24,000 nt of DNA from the NCBI RefSeq assembly GCF_900618295.1, contig NZ_LR130532.1; one strand, given 5' to 3'. This DNA comes from Escherichia coli. GTDB taxonomy: Bacteria; Pseudomonadota; Gammaproteobacteria; Enterobacterales; Enterobacteriaceae. Both the position numbers and the translations under genes were made by a program. Below the pieces are notes generated by a model. That model ran no database searches and had not been told where the DNA came from. It saw nothing but the letters and a program-made list of their open reading frames with translations. Of the stretch, positions 19,162 to 24,000 are shown one piece after another (position 1 is the stretch's first letter; each line of letters begins with the position of its first letter).

Positions 19162-19208
19162 TTGCTATATATTGTGTGGTTGAATCTTTTTTCAACTACA
19201 TCTAGTAT
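19162..19208 (+). promoter_or_regulatory. Paired NrdR boxes upstream of nrdHIEF
   Basis: ttgCTATATATTGTGT (19162..19177) and caaCTACATCTAGTAT (19193..19208). Both resemble the NrdR consensus acaCWATATATWGTGT; spacing is 31 bp start to start (about three helical turns). Confidence 0.65.
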
Positions 19209-19281
19209 CTCTGTATCAACAGAGAGACAACCCGACGCGTATCATCGCGCCGTATCTTCATTTTAAACGGAAATACGAATC

Positions 19282-19527
19282 ATGCGCATTACTATTTACA
19301 CTCGTAACGATTGCGTTCAGTGCCACGCCACCAAACGGGCGATGGAAAACCGGGGCTTTGATTTTGAAATGATTAATGTCGATCGCGTTCCTGAAGCAGC
19401 GGAAGCGTTGCGTGCTCAGGGCTTTCGTCAGTTGCCGGTAGTGATTGCTGGCGATCTTAGCTGGTCTGGTTTCCGTCCGGACATGATTAACCGTCTGCAT
19501 CCAGCGCCACACGCGGCCAGTGCATGA
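19282..19527 (+). CDS. nrdH: Glutaredoxin-like protein NrdH
   Basis: 81 aa with the CVQC redox motif ([16 protein letters not shown]). Confidence 0.97.
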
Positions 19528-19934
19528 GCCAGCTCGTCTACTTCTCCAGCAGCTCCGAAAATACGCAGCGTTTTATCGAACGTTTAGGTCTGCCCGCGGT
19601 GCGCATCCCGCTCAATGAGCGGGAACGGATTCAGGTAGACGAGCCTTACATCCTGATCGTGCCCTCTTACGGCGGCGGCGGTACGGCTGGCGCGGTGCCA
19701 CGACAGGTAATTCGCTTTTTAAACGACGAGCACAACCGGGCGTTGCTTCGCGGCGTTATTGCTTCGGGTAATCGCAACTTTGGTGAGGCGTATGGCCGTG
19801 CCGGAGATGTGATTGCTCAGAAATGCGGCGTGCCGTGGCTGTACCGTTTTGAACTCATGGGTACGCAAAGCGATATCGAAAACGTTCGTAAAGGAGTAAC
19901 CGAATTTTGGCAACGACAACCGCAGAATGCCTGA
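19524..19934 (+). CDS. nrdI: Flavodoxin-like NrdI
   Basis: 136 aa ([30 protein letters not shown]...), overlaps the nrdH stop by 4 bp. Confidence 0.97.
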
Positions 19935-22051
19935 CGCAGGAAACGATGGATTACCACGCGCTGAATGCGATGCTTAATCTTTACGATAGCGCAGGTCGCA
20001 TTCAGTTCGATAAAGACCGCCAGGCCGTTGACGCCTTTATTGCGACGCATGTGCGTCCGAACAGTGTGACCTTCAGTAGCCAGCAGCAGCGCCTGAACTG
20101 GCTGGTCAACGAAGGTTACTATGATGAAAGCGTTCTTAATCGCTACTCTCGCGACTTTGTCATTACGCTGTTTGCCCACGCACACACCAGCGGTTTTCGT
20201 TTCCAGACATTCCTCGGGGCATGGAAGTTTTACACCAGCTATACGTTGAAGACATTCGACGGTAAACGTTATCTGGAAGATTTTGCCGATCGAGTCACGA
20301 TGGTGGCGCTGACGCTGGCACAAGGCGATGCGACGCTGGCGTTGCAACTGACCGATGAAATGCTGTCAGGACGCTTTCAGCCAGCCACGCCGACATTCCT
20401 CAACTGCGGTAAGCAGCAGCGCGGCGAACTGGTTTCCTGTTTTTTGCTGCGTATTGAAGACAATATGGAGTCGATTGGTCGGGCGGTAAATTCCGCACTG
20501 CAACTGTCGAAACGCGGCGGCGGCGTAGCATTTTTGCTGTCGAATCTGCGGGAAGCGGGCGCGCCAATTAAACGTATTGAAAATCAATCTTCTGGCGTAA
20601 TTCCGGTGATGAAAATGCTGGAAGACGCATTTTCCTATGCCAACCAACTCGGCGCTCGTCAGGGGGCTGGTGCAGTCTATTTACATGCTCATCATCCCGA
20701 TATTCTGCGTTTTCTCGACACGAAACGGGAAAATGCCGACGAAAAAATCCGCATTAAAACACTGTCGCTTGGCGTGGTGATCCCGGATATCACTTTCCAT
20801 CTGGCCAAAGAGAATGCGCAGATGGCGCTGTTTTCGCCCTATGACGTTGAGCGAGTTTATGGCAAGCCGTTTGCCGATATCGCCATTAGCGAACACTATG
20901 ACGAACTGGTTGCCGATGAACGCATCCGCAAAAAATACCTCAACGCCCGTGATTTCTTCCAGCGACTGGCAGAAATCCAGTTTGAGTCCGGCTATCCCTA
21001 CATCATGTATGAAGACACGGTAAACCGTGCTAACCCTATCGCCGGGCGCATAAATATGAGTAATCTATGCTCAGAAATTTTGCAGGTTAACAGCGCCTCA
21101 GAGTATGACGAGAATCTCGACTATGCCCGTACAGGCCATGATATTTCCTGCAATTTAGGTTCGTTGAATATTGCCCACACCATGGATTCCCCCAACTTTG
21201 CCCGCACGGTAGAGACTGCCGTACGCGGTTTAACGGCGGTGTCAGATATGAGTCATATCCGCAGCGTGCCGTCCATCGAAGCCGGAAATGCCGCCTCACA
21301 CGCCATCGGGCTGGGGCAGATGAATTTACACGGTTATCTGGCGCGAGAAGGCATCGCTTATGGTTCGCCGGAAGCACTGGATTTCACCAATCTCTATTTC
21401 TATACCATCACCTGGCACGCACTGCGTACCTCGATGTTGCTGGCACGCGAACGCGGTGAAACCTTCGCCGGGTTCAAACAGTCACGCTATGCCAGTAGTG
21501 AATATTTCAGCCAATATCTGCAAGGGAACTGGCAGCCGAAAACGACGAAAGTTGGCGAACTGTTTGCCCGTAGCGGTATTACGTTACCTACCCGTGAGAT
21601 GTGGGCGCAACTGCGCGACGACGTGATGCGCTACGGCATTTATAACCAGAATCTTCAGGCGGTGCCGCCAACCGGTTCTATCTCTTATATCAACCATGCT
21701 ACGTCGAGTATTCATCCGATTGTGGCGAAAGTAGAGATACGCAAAGAGGGCAAAACAGGACGCGTTTACTACCCTGCCCCGTTTATGACTAACGAGAATC
21801 TGGCGCTGTATCAGGATGCTTACGAAATCGGCGCAGAAAAGATCATCGACACCTACGCGGAAGCGACTCGCCATGTCGATCAGGGTTTGTCGCTGACGCT
21901 GTTTTTCCCCGATACCGCCACCACTCGCGATATCAACAAAGCGCAGATTTACGCCTGGCGCAAAGGTATCAAAACGCTCTATTACATTCGCCTGCGTCAG
22001 ATGGCGCTGGAAGGCACTGAAATTGAAGGCTGCGTCTCCTGTGCACTTTAA
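19907..22051 (+). CDS. nrdE: Class Ib ribonucleotide reductase alpha subunit
   Basis: 714 aa with [21 protein letters not shown] and the C-terminal cysteine pair CVSC. Confidence 0.98.
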
Positions 22052-23020
<969 letters not shown>

Positions 23021-23134
23021 GGGTGTTATTTTCAAAAATATCACTACCCGCAGCAGGGAAATAATTCCCGCCAAATAGCTTTTTATCACGCAAATATTCT
23101 GTAGTGATCTACACTGATACTCTGTTGCATTATT

Positions 23135-23166
23135 CGCCTGAAACTACAATATTCAGGCGTTTTTTC
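23135..23166 (+). terminator. Rho-independent terminator downstream of nrdF
   Basis: CGCCTGAA actacaata TTCAGGCG followed by tttttt. Confidence 0.85.
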
Positions 23167-23279
23167 GCTATCTATGACAAAAAATATCAACTTTTCTCGA
23201 TTTGCTCTCAGCCCTTATATCACGGGAAATTCCGGCGATTTGCTCGCATCAATATTCATGCCACATTTGCCCTCAGGGG

Positions 23280-23307
23280 TTGCCTCAGATTCTCAGTATG
23301 TTAGGGT
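23280..23307 (+). promoter_or_regulatory. proU sigma-70-type promoter (P2-like)
   Basis: TTGCCT-16 bp-TAGGGT upstream of proV, consistent with the known osmoregulated proU promoter. Confidence 0.5.
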
Positions 23308-23374
23308 AGAAAAAAGTGACTATTTCCATTGGGTAATATATCGACATAAACAAATAAAGGAATCTTTCTATTGC

Positions 23375-24000
23375 ATGGCAATTAAATTAGAAATTAAAAA
23401 TCTTTATAAAATATTTGGCGAGCATCCACAGCGAGCGTTCAAATATATCGAACAAGGACTTTCGAAAGAACAAATTCTGGAAAAAACTGGGCTATCGCTT
23501 GGCGTAAAAGACGCCAGTCTGGCCATTGAAGAAGGCGAGATATTTGTCATCATGGGATTATCCGGCTCGGGTAAATCCACAATGGTACGCCTTCTCAATC
23601 GCCTGATTGAACCCACCCGCGGGCAAGTGCTGATTGATGGTGTGGATATTGCCAAAATATCCGATGCCGAACTCCGTGAGGTGCGCAGAAAAAAGATTGC
23701 GATGGTCTTCCAGTCCTTTGCCTTAATGCCGCATATGACCGTGCTGGACAATACTGCGTTCGGTATGGAATTGGCCGGAATTAATGCCGAAGAACGCCGG
23801 GAAAAAGCCCTTGATGCACTGCGTCAGGTCGGGCTGGAAAATTATGCCCACAGCTACCCGGATGAACTCTCTGGCGGGATGCGTCAACGTGTGGGATTAG
23901 CCCGCGCGTTAGCGATTAATCCGGATATATTATTAATGGACGAAGCCTTCTCGGCGCTCGATCCATTAATTCGCACCGAGATGCAGGATGAGCTGGTAAA
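23375..24000 (+). CDS. proV: Glycine betaine/proline ABC transporter ATP-binding subunit, truncated by the window end
   Basis: ATG 23375 ([43 protein letters not shown]...), Walker [10 protein letters not shown], signature LSGGMRQR, Walker [13 protein letters not shown]. Confidence 0.97.
   Translation, partial: MAIKLEIKNLYKIFGEHPQRAFKYIEQGLSKEQILEKTGLSLGVKDASLAIEEGEIFVIMGLSGSGKSTMVRLLNRLIEPTRGQVLIDGVDIAKISDAELREVRRKKIAMVFQSFALMPHMTVLDNTAFGMELAGINAEERREKALDALRQVGLENYAHSYPDELSGGMRQRVGLARALAINPDILLMDEAFSALDPLIRTEMQDELV

Overview
This is an Escherichia coli-type chromosomal segment. It has an AT-rich, decaying accessory region on the left (about 1-7.1 kb) and a conserved core block on the right. 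The accessory part contains: (i) the C-terminal part of a P4/CP4-57-like tyrosine integrase, cut by the window start; (ii) an orphan membrane protein; (iii) a minus-strand operon encoding a large GHKL ATPase/histidine-kinase-like protein and a large receiver-domain protein, which is the main candidate for a poorly described signalling or defence-like system; (iv) an IS3 element (4801-6056) with recognisable terminal repeats but no flanking target duplication and two apparent 1-nt deletions; (v) an alpha-amylase-like (YgaQ-like) pseudogene whose 5' end is cut at IS3. The candidate system is not intact here. Its kinase gene is 5'-truncated at IS3 and carries two compensating frame shifts, and the receiver gene appears split at an A4 run. 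The core block reads glaH(csiD)-lhgO-gabD-gabT-gabP-glaR(csiR), kbp(ygaU), yqaE, ygaV-ygaP, stpA, alaE, ygaC, ygaM, nrdHIEF and proV (truncated by the window end). All of it looks intact and ordinary. Gene names come from recalled family knowledge and reading the protein sequences; no database search was run.
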